Shown piece after piece: positions 1-21,551 of a stretch of 64,000 bases of DNA. The notes under the pieces are model-generated. The model was given only the letters and a program-made list of their open reading frames with translations, had not been told where the DNA came from and ran no database searches. This stretch comes from Callorhinchus milii (taxonomy: Eukaryota), in contig NW_024704742.1 in NCBI RefSeq assembly GCF_018977255.1, forward strand, positions 123,940,001 to 124,004,000, in the 5' to 3' direction. The first letter of the stretch is position 1; every line of letters begins with the position of its first letter. The position numbers and the translations under genes are program-made.

Positions 1-100
1 TCACATCAAAATGTCTCTCACTAAAGTGCTTCACAGCAGATACTGTTAAGTGTAGTGACTATGCATTTGCATTTGTACATGGCAACTATTTTGCACACAG

Positions 101-684
101 CAACAACAACAACAAAATTACATTTATAGAGCGCCTTTCACATCGGGAGGAAGTCCCAAAGCACTGAACAGTCAGGTGTCGGGGCCCCAGCATGGGGGAG
201 GGGTGGTGTAGGGTTAAGGGAAATGGTGTGGATGTGGGGGAAAAAAAGGACAGTTCAGGGTCAAACAAGATACCCAGGTTCCTGACTGGCTTAGTGAGGT
301 TGAGTGTGCAGCTGTGGAGGCTGATGCTGCCAGCGCCTGAGGTGCAGAGGCGCTGATGTGAGCCAATCAGGAGGGAAGGGTAATTGTGTGGGGTGGGGGT
401 AGGGAGGGGGTGGAGGTTGGGGGCCAGGTGGATCGGGAATAGAAGGCAGTTCAGGAGGTGAGGGGTGCAAGGACATTGAGTGTGGTGGAGAGGGTGCTGT
501 GGAGAAGAGTGAGTGAAGCGAGTGGGTTGTTGCGAGAAGTGGGCCAGAGAGTGAGGAGTTCAGAGGACTCCAGGGCAGCGGAGAGGGATTGTGGGGAGAT
601 CTTCTTCCACGGGCAGTAGAAGATGGTGGTAGGTTTGGAGGCAGTGGGGAGAGGGATATGGGAATTGAGAGAGATGAGGTGGTG
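101..684 (-). mobile_element. Rearranged L2 LINE fragments
   Basis: L2 3' tail with (TTG)n at 101-190, an RT fragment at ~260-375 and an endonuclease-adjacent fragment (KPTTIFYCPWKKISPQSL) matching the L2 at 49446-52125. Confidence 0.75.
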
Positions 685-955
685 ACAGCAATGTCCCACA
701 CATAGCCAGGAGGTGAATAACCAATTTGACGAGAGGATTGTTGGCCAGGACACCAGGAGAAACTCTCTTCCCTTTCAAAAAGTGCAATAGGTTCTTTAAC
801 ATTTACCTGAACAGGCAGATGGGATCTCATGTGATGGATAGCACTGCCCTTAACATTGCACTGGACTGTTAGCCGAGACCACTCACAATCGCAGAGGCAG
901 GAAATGAACTGGCAACCTTCTGACCCAGAGGCAAGAAAGCTACCAACTAAGCCAA
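685..955 (-). mobile_element. Older long Deu-type tRNA SINE (SacSINE1-like), degenerate
   Basis: Contains tgtgggacattgctgt, cctggtgtcctggccaacaat and ccatctgcctgttcaggt segments and a tRNA-like head. Related copies lie at ~33605-33860, ~52600-52850, ~58780-59225 and ~63410-63640. Confidence 0.6.
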
Positions 956-1204
956 ATATTATTTGTAAAGGATAGATTTACTAGGAATTTAGAAAGTAAA
1001 CAGCATTGGTTCATGTTTAGGATATCATAGACTATGATCAATATATAAAAGGATAGATATCAGTACTTTATAACTTTGCACATTGATCATTTTGAACATC
1101 TGATAACAAGGAATTGTAATCCTGAAAAGATAAACCATACCATATAATTCTGATTATAGTTAATAATAAAACTAATAAAAAATTAAAGTTGAATATATAC
1201 TTAC

Positions 1205-1271
1205 AGCCTGGTGTTAGAAAAGAGATAACCATGAGAGAAGCAAACACAATCTGCACCAACATTTTCATCAT
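1205..1271 (-). CDS. Gzm1: exon 1 (signal peptide) of a further granzyme A/K-like gene; the remaining exons are not found in the window
   Basis: Reads MMKMLVQIVFASLMVISFLTPG+T followed by a GTAAG donor (phase 1), the same 'LTPG+t|gtaag' end as exon 1 of Gzm2/3/4. TATAAATA (1304-1311) and GGATGTGGT (1323-1331) lie upstream, as in the paralogues. Confidence 0.75.
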
Positions 1272-1303
1272 AACTTGCTGTGTGATACACTGGTACATAC
1301 TGG

Positions 1304-1331
1304 TATTTATAATACTTCAAAGGGATGTGGT
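1304..1331 (-). promoter_or_regulatory. Gzm1 core promoter: TATA box plus GGATGTGGT (ETS:RUNX-type) element
   Basis: TATAAATA (minus strand) at 1304-1311 and GGATGTGGT at 1323-1331; the arrangement is conserved across paralogues. Confidence 0.6.
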
Positions 1332-2411
1332 TTTCTTGTTCTTATACATGTTCAGCGAGTATTTCTTATTAATCTCTTTCGTCACTGTTTCCGGGAAGCC
1401 TCATCAAGTGTGCTAAAACACGTGATATCTTTCAGGATGACAAATCCGTATGACAATCCAGAGTATCTATGTTACTTTATTTTATTATTTTATTTATCTT
1501 ATTAATTAGTTTACTGGAATAGGAAATAGAGAAGGCGATAACGAATAGAATTAGAGTTCTTGGCTTTGTGTTTGGAGGAATAGAACACGAAAGTAAAAAA
1601 GACAGTAATGTTAAATTTATATAAAATGTTATTAAGTCTACATTTGGGGGACTATTTCTTTCCCCCATTCAGTGATATAAATGGCAATCTATGTAGTTTT
1701 CGATGCCCCAACAATAATACTTATTGTTTATCTACCAGAAAGTAAGGACCCGATTGGCGGATCGCTTTACGGGAGTAATGATCCCTTAAAAAAATATATT
1801 TAGTTACTCAAAGCACGACGTTTGTGGAAGAGTGCTGTGTGCAATTGATTGTTGCAATTCGCCAACATAGTACAGTCAATTCACTTCACAGTATATTCTG
1901 TGAAGCGCTTTTGTCATCTCAATCGTATGATAAAGCGTACTATCAAATGCCTGGATTATTATTATTATTATTATTATTATTACTGAGGACAATTCTGGTT
2001 TCTACAAGAACAATATTGTAGAAATGAACAAACTGCAGCATAGATTTACTAGTGTGTTACCAGAGATGAAAGGATGTAAATATAAAGAAAGACTGGACTG
2101 TGTAGAGTATTTTCTTCTCTTTGAAGATGAGATTTTTGGTCATTCGAAATCTGACAAGCGCTAGTTTAGTTCTCACAAGGTGGATAGCAGGTACCAGAAA
2201 CTCCCCGCAAGCTTCTTGGTGAATCAAGAGCAACAACAATTTATACGTTTATAGTGTCTTTCACGTAACGTAGTGTGTCGGGTGGTGGACAGACATTAAA
2301 GAAAGACAAGACAATAACCATGGGTACAGTTCACACTGTGTAGTGAACATTGCGATGAGTTATGTATAATTAACACAGATGGTGCTAATGATCTTTATGT
2401 AAGTGTTATGT

Positions 2412-2780
2412 GTGGAGTCCTGTAGTTCAGTGGTTATAGCACTCGCCTCTCAAGTGGGGGACCTGGTTTCAATTCTCAGCAAGGCGAAACATTGGTCAAG
2501 TTTCCTTAATCCACACTCCTCTGATTTCCTAGTAGTAAGTAGGAACTTGGTTGTTAGTTGATCGGCGGATCGCTTTTCTGGGGGTAATAATTCCTTCAAA
2601 AAAAATGGTCACTCAATCCATGACTGTTTGTGGGACACTGTTGTGTGCAATTGGCTGCTGCATTTCACCAACAAAATATACAGTCAATTCATTTTGCAGT
2701 ATATTCTGTGAAGCCTTTTGAGATGTCTCAAAGACGTGATAAGGTGTTACATTGAATGCAAGGATTATTATTATATTATT
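2412..2780 (+). mobile_element. tRNA-derived SINE, older subfamily
   Basis: Head gtggagtcctgtagttcagtggtt (A box) to ggtttcaattc (B box), a Deu-like core and an (ATT)n tail. Same subfamily at ~15463-15770(-), 16222-16600(+), 21015-21320(-), 41980-42345(+) and 59892-60220(+). Confidence 0.8.
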
Positions 2781-5700
2781 ATAAGATAGCATTCATTCAT
2801 TATGGGTTGGGGGAATGTGGTATTCATGTGATTATTATCATTGGTGATTATTATTGCATCATTCATAGCACTCCTACCTCCTCCCGCAATATATTCACTG
2901 TCAAAAATCCATAACTTAAAGACCGAATGATTTCACAAATGAGTAGTGATGAAATTCTAGAAAGTCTTAACAGGATGTGTGACTACTGTGGGTTGCTTTG
3001 AAATTGAGAGAATTCAGTACCACATGAAATACATTCGGAAAGAGTATCACCAAGAGCTATTAATAAAAGGAAATATGATAATTTGGGGGTTAAGATTTCA
3101 TAGAGCAGAATATCTGTGTATGTGTGAGTGGGAAAGGGAGGGAAATAATCACTGTTTTAAGAAGTTAGTCAGAAAATAATTAAGAAGATGCATGATATTT
3201 TTTATGAATGGAAATGTGTTTTACTACTTTGTAAAACATGTAACATTCTCCTCTCTCAAATTTATTTTTCGTGCAATGTTTTATATGGAGTCCTGTAACG
3301 TAGTGGTTTGGATGCTCACCCTTGCTAACTTCAATACTTGCCTCATTCATAGATGGAGAAATATGAGATGAAGCCTAATGTTGCAAACGGATTTTGATTG
3401 TGCTGAACTGGTCCTTGGTTTCCGTGAGATTTATGCAGTCTGGAGCTGATTCCCGTTTGGTACCATTAATGAGCTTAGATAGGAACATAGGAATATATGT
3501 GACAAAAAAAGACTTGCCCCCAAATAAATAAAAATGCTTTCTTAACCTTTTAGTGCTTTATATATAAATGAGCCTATGAGCCCTGCAAATGAGCTCTAAA
3601 ACAATACTTCCAGATACACCAGAGCCAGCAGAACAAGCTTCAAACCGATCTACTGACATTGGGCCGTCAATCAGTAAGACTTGATTCTGCAGCAACAATG
3701 TAATCTGTTTCATCTAAACTCAGATCTGTTGACTAGAAACTGTAATTACTATCTGAGGTATACTCTTTCTGGATATTCCAACCATCCCTCCCTTGCCTTC
3801 TTCAAGGCCCGTCTCAAGACTTCTTCGTTGACCGCACCTTCGGTCACCCTCCTACCCCTCTCCCTCCCTGCCCTCCACCCCTGCTGATCCCAACTCCCAG
3901 CTCGGGTGCACATCCTTCACTGTCCAGTGCTTTATCACGTCTTCCCGATGTGAATGGCGCTATTTAAATATAATTTGTAGTTGCTGTTATGCAGCCAACT
4001 AGCACTTGATTGTTCTGTTCAGGATATGAGTCAGTGGCAACCATGTCCTTGTCTCACCAGCCAACGGTACTTTGGTGAATAGGTTTTAAGCAATCAGGAG
4101 ATTAGGTTAACTACTTGGGTCTAATTTGCAGGAGAGAGAGCCAAAATATTTGGTATTCCTCAAGGCAATCCTTGTATCAATTAACACAAGAAACATTTTA
4201 AGAAATACAATGCAGATTTATTACTGTTGTGCTAATTAAGAACTCAGAGGAAATCTTTTATGTTAAAACTCAATATACAAACTTACAAACCCTGCACCAG
4301 GAAACTGCCTATAGATGGTCGTTCCTGGGCTTTCTTCACTAGCAAGCAACCAGTTGCCCTTTAGAAGCTGGTGAGAAACAAGGAAAACAGCAGGAGTAGT
4401 GAGATGAGTGCAACAACAACTTGCATTTCATAGAATCATGGAATCATATAGCACAGAAGGAGGCCATTCAGCCCATTGTGACTGTGTTGGCTCTTTGAAA
4501 AAAGCTATCCAATTGACTTCCACTCCCCCGCTCTCTCCCCATAGCTCTGCAAACTTGTCCTCCCCAAATAATTATCTACTTCTCTCTTAAACGTTGTTAT
4601 CGAATCGACTTCCATCACCATTTCAGGCAATGCATTCCAGTATTTATATGCCCTTCACATCAGGTAGCATGTCAGAGTGCAGATAACAACAAATTACATT
4701 TGTATAGTGCCTTGCACATCGGGGTGACGTCCCAATATGCTGGATAGTCAGGGATTTGGAGCTGAGCAGGGGGTTGGTATTAGGAAGCATGGAGGGCAGG
4801 AAGGGTAGGGGTAGGAGATGACTTGATCGAAGACGCAGTCAAAGAGGAGTATCTTGAGATGGACCTTGAAAGAGGCAATGGAGGGGGCGAGGCGAAGGGA
4901 CTGTGGGATGGAGTTCCAAGGGATGGGGGCAGAGAGGCTGAACCGCTGATGGTGGTGCGGGCTTGGCGGGGGATGGTGAAAGCCGGAGTCTGCTGCATGG
5001 AGGGAGCGGACAGGTCTATACGGTGCAAGGAACTTGCTAAGCTGGAAACATTAGCAAATGTGTGGCAATTACTTATTCCCACAAGGAATGCCTTTATGAC
5101 AGGGAGAAAAGGCAAGGTGAAGGAATTTTCAATGAGAGTTTCATAAATTCCATAAGGACCAGTTAGCTGAAAGCTCAGTGATCAGTGGTGGGATGGCTGG
5201 GATGTGGAATAAGTGGACTGAAGTGAATGAATAGAGGATATAGGCAGGCTAATAGGGTTAAAACAGATTGCAGGGTTGGGCATGTGTTGGCTGACTTTGT
5301 TCTGTGAATCAAATGTTCCACGGGTTAGTTGTGTAAGTAATATTCCACAAGTAATTGACTAAACCACAAGTGATAACCATGGTCAACGAGAATGTATCTT
5401 TGTATCAAATGTGTCGAATGCAATGAACGTTATTTACTGGACAAATAACCACTCGTTTTCTTCACACTGAAACCAAAACACAGCTTCTCATATATAAGGG
5501 CTCAAACCTCTGATGTTTTCACGTGAGTCACTAACGTAGGCCTTACCACTAACAGGAAACTGGGACATCTGAGTTATTCCTCTGCTATCTATGTATACAT
5601 TGTCACTTATCAATCACCATCTCTAGCCTGCAGTTCATTTGTATTTTATTTCATTAGCTTATGAAGTTGCTATGCCTGAAAATTCATAGAAGTTATTTTT

Positions 5701-6000
5701 GATACGATTTAATTCCTGGTGCCACACAATAAGTCAGGAAATATTGGAATACCTATATTTGCTTTCCTAGAAAAGACCAGCCTCATGTTTCAATGGAGAA
5801 AAGAAAGCTCAAGAGAAATCACAATGAGATTTTTAAGATGTGCAGATAAGCTGAACCCAAATACTGAAATCTGTATGGCATAATCACAGTGTATAACTTG
5901 GAAATATTTAAAGTCAGAAGAGAGAAAATTCCAGAGATGTTTATTAGAATGGAATGCACACGCTCTCACTCTCTCCCTGGGGGGACGCATCCTGGTTAAT

Positions 6001-6323
6001 AATAATAATAATAATCCTTGCACTTGATATAACGCTTTTCACGTCGGGAGGACGTCCCAAAGCGCTTCACAGGACACACTGTAAAGTGAATTGACTGTAT
6101 ATTTGTGGGCGAACGCGGCAGCCAATTGCGCACAGCAATGTCCTACAAACAGTCGTAGATTGAAAATGACCAATTTATTATTGTTTTGTTTTTTTGGAGG
6201 GATTATTATTAGGCGTGTGGAGTAAGGAAACTTGCCCAAGGTTTCGCCCTGACCTGCCTGGAATTGAACTCAGGTCTCTCGCTTGCAAAGCGAGTGCTCT
6301 ACCACTGAGCTACAGGACTCCAC
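6001..6323 (-). mobile_element. Young full-length tRNA-Ala-derived SINE (~320 bp)
   Basis: Head GGAGTCCTGTAGCTCAGTGGT..ACTCGCTTTGCAAGCGAG..GAGTTCAATTCC (TGC anticodon), Deu-like core, L2-derived tail and (ATT)n. Confidence 0.88.
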
Positions 6324-8010
6324 AATTATATTGTAATCAATAAAAAGAAAATAGCAACAATGCACAACTGGAGAAAACAAGCTATACAGTAGATCCTGTA
6401 ACATAATATAAATTTCATATTGGTCTAAAATTCACTGTACAATTTTGCATGTAAATTACAGCCAACTATTCAAGTTACCTTTATTGCTAACAGATGTTCG
6501 CACTAAAGATGTGAAGCAGCAGCTTTATGCATCAAACTGTTGAAGACATATGAGGTCATGCAGGCATTTATATAAAACCTTAAATTCAGCAAATTGAAGT
6601 ATGGAGGCAATAATAAATTGCTTACCTAATTTCGGAAATTATTAGGCACAGGTTGGCAAGAACCAATGTTAAGGGGCCCCAAGAGCGTGGGTTGGGGTAC
6701 TGCTGGAGTCTATCCGGCTAAAACTGCACAGCTAGCCATTGAGAATATTGCCTGGTAAGCTTTCTCGCTGCTCGTCCAGCTAGGACCACCCTACCTGTGC
6801 AGGGTTAACGGGAGCTGAGTGGGAAGAATCTTTGCCTCCACTCCAGAGAGAATATACATTCCATTCCAATAAAAATCTGTGGAACTTTCATGCATGGAAC
6901 TCTCAATTTGGTTGGGATACTCATAAGCATGGTGATAGGTTTCCGCATGTGCTTAACCAGAAAGCAAGTGCTTCTTTGCTAGTAACCTAGAAATAATTAT
7001 AAGACTAACAAAGTGACTCGTTTGCCCTTCCAAGTCTTGCCAATAAGCCAGCCTGGCTGTGCTATCATCAGCAGTGAGCTGGAGTACCTTGGATCCACCT
7101 GACTTAGGAACTGGACGACTGAGACCGCCACAGAGGGTTGGTTCAGTTCAGACGTTCTGTGGCTAAACATGTCACCTTGGAGACAGCTCAACTCCAAGGA
7201 GACTCTACTTACCTCCCCCTCCAGGGAGGATAGTCACTATTGGTCATTTGACATCTGACAAGCATGAGCTTGAGTCCTTACTAGGTGGATTTCAGGTACC
7301 AGGAACTCCCTTCAAGTTTCCTGGTGGGTAACACAGCTCAATGTGAAATGCATGAGAGCATTGCCACCATCTTCCTGCCCACAGCTTAGACACACATCCC
7401 TTTCCATTGAGCAATGGTTCAATCAATTGTAGGAGCAGAGTTTAAGCAGCGGCTACTTATCGATCTGCAAACCAATCAAGGTGGTCGTACCAAGTGCTGG
7501 ACCAAGCACTAGACCAAGCACTAGGCCAAGTGCTGGACCAACCATGGACGTACAAACACTTGAACTCAGACTCTGTGTTAGCACAAGATCACAAAGATCG
7601 ATTCAGATGAAGAAGGTTCTTTGGTCGACTTGATCTCATTCTTCCAGGTATGGAAGGTGTTCACCCAGATATTCCATTCTAAGCAACACTTCCAGCCTAC
7701 CTCTCTGGAATTCCATCTTGGTGTCCTTCCAACTGGCTCTCTCCCTTAACTATAAGTTGGCATATGGAATGAACTCGAGTGGCGGAATCAAGGAATTATT
7801 TATTGGGTTTCAAAAAGTAATGCACTTAATTTTCACATGCACTCCAGTGCATACTTTTGAAATGGACTTTGTCAGGTTTCTGGAAATTAAGAAAATCCAG
7901 AGTTATTAAGTGATGAAATAGTTGTGTCCATTAATTTATTTGGGAGGTTGGATGGGTAGTATAATCGACTAATGGTCTACTCCTGCCTGAAACAGTTACT
8001 GTGGTTGTAG

Positions 8011-8905
8011 AACAACAAGAACAGCAACAAAGTTACATTTGTAAAGCACCTTTCACGTCGGGGGTCGGCCCAAGGCGCTAACAGTCAGGGATGAGGACCC
8101 GAGTGTGGGGGGGGGGGGCAGGGCTGGGATTAGGGAGGACAGAAGTGGGAGGAGGGCAACTGAAGCCACAGTTAAAAAGGAGGGTCTTGAGTCGTGCTTT
8201 GAAGGAGGCAAGATTGGGAGCAAGATGAAGGGATTGTGGGATGGAATTCCAAAGAGTTGGGGCAGAGAGGTTGAAAGCCCAGTCGCCATATTAGGATGGG
8301 TTGGGCAGGAGACCTGGAGCAGGCTGGAGCCTGCTGAGTGGAGGGAGCGGACAAGTTGATGGGGGTCAGCAAGTCAGAGATGTAGGAGGGCCTTAAAAGT
8401 GAGGAGATGATTTTGGATTCTATCCTCTGGGGGTGGGGAGCCAGTGGAGCCGGGTGAGGGTGGGGGCGATGGGGTCACGGAGTCCGGTGCGGGAGAGGAC
8501 AAGAGCAGCAGAGTTCTGGATGATCTGCAGCTTGTGGAGGGAAGAGTTGGGGAGGCCGATAAGGAGGGAGTTTCCGTAGTTGAGTCTTGAGTTGACAAAT
8601 GTGTGTATGCGGGTTTCAGCGGCCTGAGGGGTGATGCAGTGGTGGAGTCGGGCAATGTTGCGGAAGGTGGGGGAAGGCAGAGTGGGTCATGGCACGGATA
8701 TGGGGAGAAAGGACAGTTGAGGGTCGAACAAGATGCCCAGGTTCCTGACTGGTTTGGTGAGGTGGAGTGTGCAACCGTGGGTGCTGATGCGGTCAGTGCC
8801 TGAGGTGCTGAGGCGCTGGCGTGAGCTAATCAGTAGGGCCTCGGTCTTGCTGACATTCAGCTATAGAAAGTTGGCTCCCATCCAGGACTTGATGTCAGAC
8901 AGACA
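8011..8905 (-). mobile_element. 5'-truncated L2 LINE (RT C-terminus and 3' tail)
   Basis: Similar to 49446-50350; tail gcgccttgggccgacccccgacgtgaaaggtgct followed by (TTG)n. Confidence 0.8.
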
Positions 8906-9514
8906 GTTGGTATAATGACCAAACTTCTTTCCCATGAAGAACAATGGATTGTTTAGGTGTCTGGTCTGGGTTCGTTATACCTAATCGTACCTGTAAAGTA
9001 AATGGAGGAGGATGCTTCTCCTCCATTTATTGCTGGTGATTATTCCCATCGTCAGTAAATTTATTGACTTTGCTGGGGAAGCACATTATTATCAGTTAGT
9101 AATGTTAGAGTGTATAATGTGATTTTCTCCATGTTAGCATTGACCAATTGAGTAAGATTACTTCACTCAATAAATTTACTGACGAGCAAATTTTCCTAGC
9201 TTTGAATTTAGATTCGGATGAGAAGACACCCTGGGAGAGTGGCCGAAAGTGGATTTGAAGCCAGTGGGCCGGAGATAATCAGGAGTGGTGGTGACGCAAG
9301 ATTAGTGTGGGAGCCGGGTCAGTGTGTGAGGTGAGTAGTGGAGGCGAGGCCTCTGGGAGCGAGGATGGCAGGAGCCAACAGGTAACTGCAGGGCCGAGGT
9401 CTTGGTGATTGAGTGGCGAATGGCGGCCATTACTGGGTTCAGGCGGAGCTGCCATTTCACAATTTACCACTTAAACCTCCACCCGATATCACTTTCGCTC
9501 GTCAAGTTGAATTC

Positions 9515-11140
9515 CTGGAACCAGGGAATCTTGGAGGCCAAGGACAACCCCAGGCTTCTCTTTTCCACTGCAAACCAACAACAACAACAAAACATTACAT
9601 TTATAGAGCGCCTTTCACGTCAGGAGGATGTCCCAAAGCGCTGAAAACCGGCTCCTCCGTCCACCCTCTGACATCTCACCACTCCTCTCCTCCAACTCCA
9701 ACTATGAGGAGATGCTGGATTTCCTTGAGACCAAAATCGAGGGAATCCGTTCAGTCACCTCTGCCCTCCAACCACCACCCCATCCCCATCTCTCCCTCAT
9801 CTTCTGGCCCCTACCATCCCTCCCTCCACACCTTCGAACCTGTTTCCTCCTCTTCTCTCATCCATCACTACAACCCACATGATGCCCACCACCTGCTCCC
9901 TCAACCCCACCCCTTCTCTTCTCCTCACCTCCCAGCTCCAATTCCTCGCCCCTTTACTCTCAGTCCTTGTCAACCTCTCCCTGTCAACTGTCACCATTTC
10001 CACCCCCCTAAAAGCAGCTATCTAAAAACCCCATCTTAAAAAAACCTTTCCTCGACCCATCCCTGCTCATCTCCAACCTCCCTTTCCAACGTCCTTGAAA
10101 GAGATGTTGCTTCCCAACTTCACTCCTTCCTCTCCTGACACTCCCGTTACGAACACCTCCAATTGGGTTTCCATGCTGCCCACAGCAAGGAAAAAGCCTT
10201 TGTCAAGGTGACAAATGACATTCTGTCCATCTGTGACCAGGGCTCCCTTGTCTCCTTGTCCTCCTCAACCTCTCTGTGCCTTTGACACTGTGAACCAATT
10301 TATCCTCCTCCATCTCTTCTCCTCTCACCTTAACCTTCAAGGTTCTGTCTCGAATGGTTCAGATCCTATCTCTCACACTGGTTCCACTTTGTCTCCACAA
10401 ACGGCTTCTCCTCCAGCCCCTGCCCCATCTTGTGTGGTGTTCCTCAGAGCTCTGTACTCGGTTCTCTCCTCTTCAACGTGTACATGCTCCCTCTTGGTGA
10501 CATCATCCGTATACATTGAGTCATCTTGCACATGTACGCGGATGACACCCAACTCTATCTCTCTGACTCCACCCTCAACACCAGGACCACTGATGTCCTG
10601 TCTGTCTGTCAGACATCAAATCCTGGATGAGAACCAACTTTCTACAGTTGAACGTCATCAAGACCGTGGCCCTCCCGATTAGCTCACGCCAAAGCCTTCG
10701 CATCTCAAGCACTGGCAGCATCAGCATCCATGGATGCAAGCTCCACCTTACCAAGTCAGTCAGGAACCTAAGCATCTTGTTCAACCCTCAACTGCCCCCC
10801 ATTTCTGTGCCATGACCTGCACTGCTTTCCCCCACCTCCGCCACTGCCTCAGGCCACCGAAACGCTCACACATACCTTCATTATATCCAGGCTCGACTCT
10901 GCCAATGCCCTGCTTGGTGGCCTTCCCAATTCTTCCCTCCACAAGCTGCAGATCATCCAGAACTCTGGAACTCCATCCCACATTCTCTTTGCCTCGGTCC
11001 CTCCCTTGCCTCCTTCAAGGCAATCCTCAATGCCCTCCTCTTCAACCATGCCTTCAGCCACCCTCCTACCTTCCACTCTCTCTGATTTCAATCCCCCTGC
11101 TTGGGTGTTAATCCCTGACTATTCAGCGCCTTGGGATGTT
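9515..11140 (+). mobile_element. Degenerate L2 LINE ORF2 fragment with a short antisense L2 tail inserted at ~9575-9643
   Basis: Translations [44 protein letters not shown] and NFLQLNVIKT; many frameshifts. Confidence 0.82.
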
Positions 11141-11433
11141 CAAATGTATTTTTATATTGTATTTTTGGTATAGAATTAGATTTTCCCTAGATAAATTTTC
11201 CTAGATTTGCTGATGGCTCTAAGCTATACGCCTTATAGTCCTAGAATTCCACGTAAGATCATTTTGCCTGAAAATATAAGGAGAGATTTGGGAGAGATAT
11301 TTTTAAGAAAAACTGACTTCCAAGTTCAGATTGAGTTTAAGAACCTTCCACAATTCTGCGCAATCTTCAATTGAAAGGCACAAAATGGTCTTATAGACTA
11401 AGACAGAATGACTGTTGTGCCTGTGTGGCCTGA

Positions 11434-11790
11434 TAACAACAACAACTTGCATTTATTTTAGGTCCCTCACATAGGATATCGCCCCAGAGTGCTTGACAGT
11501 GACGGAGCATCATGCAGAGCACGGTTGAAGAGGAAGGTCTTCAGGCATGACCTGAAGATGGGGAATGAAGGGGCAAGGTGAAGGGACTGAGGGAGAGTGT
11601 TCCAGAGTTTCAGGGGGTAATAGTTAAAAATATTGCCGCTGATGGTGGAACGAGGGACACGAGGGACAAGCATGAGGCCGGAGCCAGTCAAGTGGAAGCA
11701 ACAGGTAGTGGGTTGGGCAGTAAGCAGGTCGGAGGTACAAGGGCATGAAGGGATTTGAAGACGAATGTGAGGATCTTGAAATCAATGGGT
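11434..11790 (-). mobile_element. L2 3' fragment
   Basis: Translation [27 protein letters not shown] and a (TTG)n tail. Confidence 0.7.
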
Positions 11791-12321
11791 TTGCTGACGA
11801 CCGGTGTTTTGAATTGGAGACTAATTGTTAGTACAATTGTATTCTCAGTTTATATAAAAGTGATTGGGTGACAAGAAGGCTGATAGGTGAGATAATATCA
11901 ATCAACACAGACTAACCGCAATGCTTGAACGTTATCTACCAGTGCATGTAGAATTTGAAAGAAGTGCAATAAAATAAATAAAAGACACTTTGTAAAAATA
12001 AGAGGAAATGCAGTATTTATTGGATTGTAAAATAACATTGTTTATGCTTGCAAAATGTTTCTATTCAAATAAAGTAATTGCACATTTCTGGCCAATCCAG
12101 CAATGATCAATCATCATCCCTTTACTTTGTTCTTACATGTTTGCATCTTTCTATATTGTAGAGCGTAGTTGAGTTTGCAGTATAAGCGACACTATATTGG
12201 GTATGGCTCATTAAACTATTTAAAATACTCTTCAAAGTAAACAATTAAATTCAAACCCCAAAGCTGTTCTTGTTTTGCTGCCAAACGCATCTCATTAAAC
12301 AGGACCAAAAGCAAAATGTAC

Positions 12322-15948
<3,627 letters not shown>

Positions 15949-15994
15949 GTTGACAGCAGTCAGAATGTTAGTGTAGACTGACAACTTGAGCCTC

Positions 15995-16023
15995 TATTTG
16001 TAAGACGGGCTGGAGGATGTGGT
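15995..16023 (-). promoter_or_regulatory. Gzm2 core promoter: TATA-like box plus GGATGTGGT element
   Basis: TACAAATA (minus strand) at 15995-16002 and GGATGTGGT at 16015-16023. Confidence 0.6.
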
Positions 16024-17546
16024 TTAGTCGCTTTCATGTGATTTCTTGCCCTATTACATGTGTATCTCGAAGGTCACTGATGTGCATTTCGCAGAAAACG
16101 TGCATCATGAAAAGAAGGGACCCTAAACCCAGCAACACTGAAGTGAGTAAAGATTATGAATAGCCATTTGAACAGTGAATGTAATTGTAAAGAAATTGTG
16201 TGATCTTCTTAATAACAGCACAGTAACTCAGTGGTTAGAACGCTCGCTTTGCAAGTGAGAGACCTGGGTTTGATTCCCGGCAGCGCGAAATGTTTGGCAA
16301 GTTTCCTTACTCCACATGGAACACCTCTGTTTCTCCAGCAGTAAGTAGAAACCAGGTTGTTAGTCAATTGGCAGATCGCTTTTCCAAGGGTAATAATTCC
16401 TTCCTCCCCCCAAAAATAATAAATTGGTAACTTCAAACCACGACTGTTTGTGGGACACTGCTACGTGCAATTGGCTGCCTTTGTTTCGCCCACAAAATAT
16501 GCAGTCAATTCAGTTCACGGTTTATTCTGTGAAGCGTTTTGACATGTCTTAAAGACGTGATAAGGTGTTCTATCCAGTGCAAGGATTATTATTGTTATTA
16601 TCCTCAATTTTCTCTATTTCTGTGCTTGTCAATTTTGTCCCTCCACATGAGGGTAGTGGAAAGAAACAAGAAAGAACATGTGTTGGATTTGTAGATGGAG
16701 TCTGAATGTATAATGGTGGTATTTGCTATCACTCATGGCGCCTCTTCATTTTGATCAACCCTTCAAGCATGACAAGTCGTGGGAGGCAGATGATAGTTGG
16801 AACAACTTTGTTCCCCTCAAACAGCCCTATGCCATTTCCTACTGCATGAAGCAGCTTAACCTTTGAGCAGTGTTCAACTCTATGAGCAGGGGCAAGTGCT
16901 CTTCTTTCACAGTGCTAGTCAAGATGGGCAGCCTTCACAGCAAATAGCAGGCAGATGTGCCTTCACCCTGCCCAGTGGCAGTAAAGCAGTGTACACGCAG
17001 AATATACGAAGGAGAAGGGTATAAGAGATGTGCAAGTATACTGGCCAACCATTCCCCAAATGAAATAATTGATCATTCACTTCACTGGTGTTTGTGGACA
17101 TTGCAGTGCGCAAATTGGCAACCACATTGATTTAGACGCAAAAACACTTTTTGAGAATTGTAATTGCATATTTATTACTCTGCAAAATAATATTGCAGTA
17201 ACTTTAAACAAAGAAACTGTATAAGGCCATCACTGCACTTGACAGTACCTGTAAAGTACTTTGAGATGTTTGGCATGATAAGGCACTGTAAAAATACAGC
17301 TTCTTTATAACGTTGGTGCATGACCCCTGCTGCTTTTCTAATAGGCACTAAACCAGGTTAAAAATCTGTTAAAAAATTGTTTTGTGCATATGCAGGTTAC
17401 TAACTTTGAATTACTCTACATTGCATAGCTCTGCTAAGCACGGTAAAGTTACACAATTTTAAGGAGCATTTAATCAAAAGCACATTAGCCTTCTCCTAGC
17501 TCACTTCTTCAACATAAAGCTTAGAATAAGCAGTACAGCTTTGTCA

Positions 17547-21505
<3,959 letters not shown>

Positions 21506-21551
21506 GTTGACAGCAGTCAGAATGTTAGTGTAGACTGACAACTTGAGCCTC

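Noticed and set aside
1068..1123. Candidate exon 2 for Gzm1 after ttttcag
   Set aside because: Phase-1 splicing gives an immediate TGA, and there is no IIGG or TAAHC similarity.
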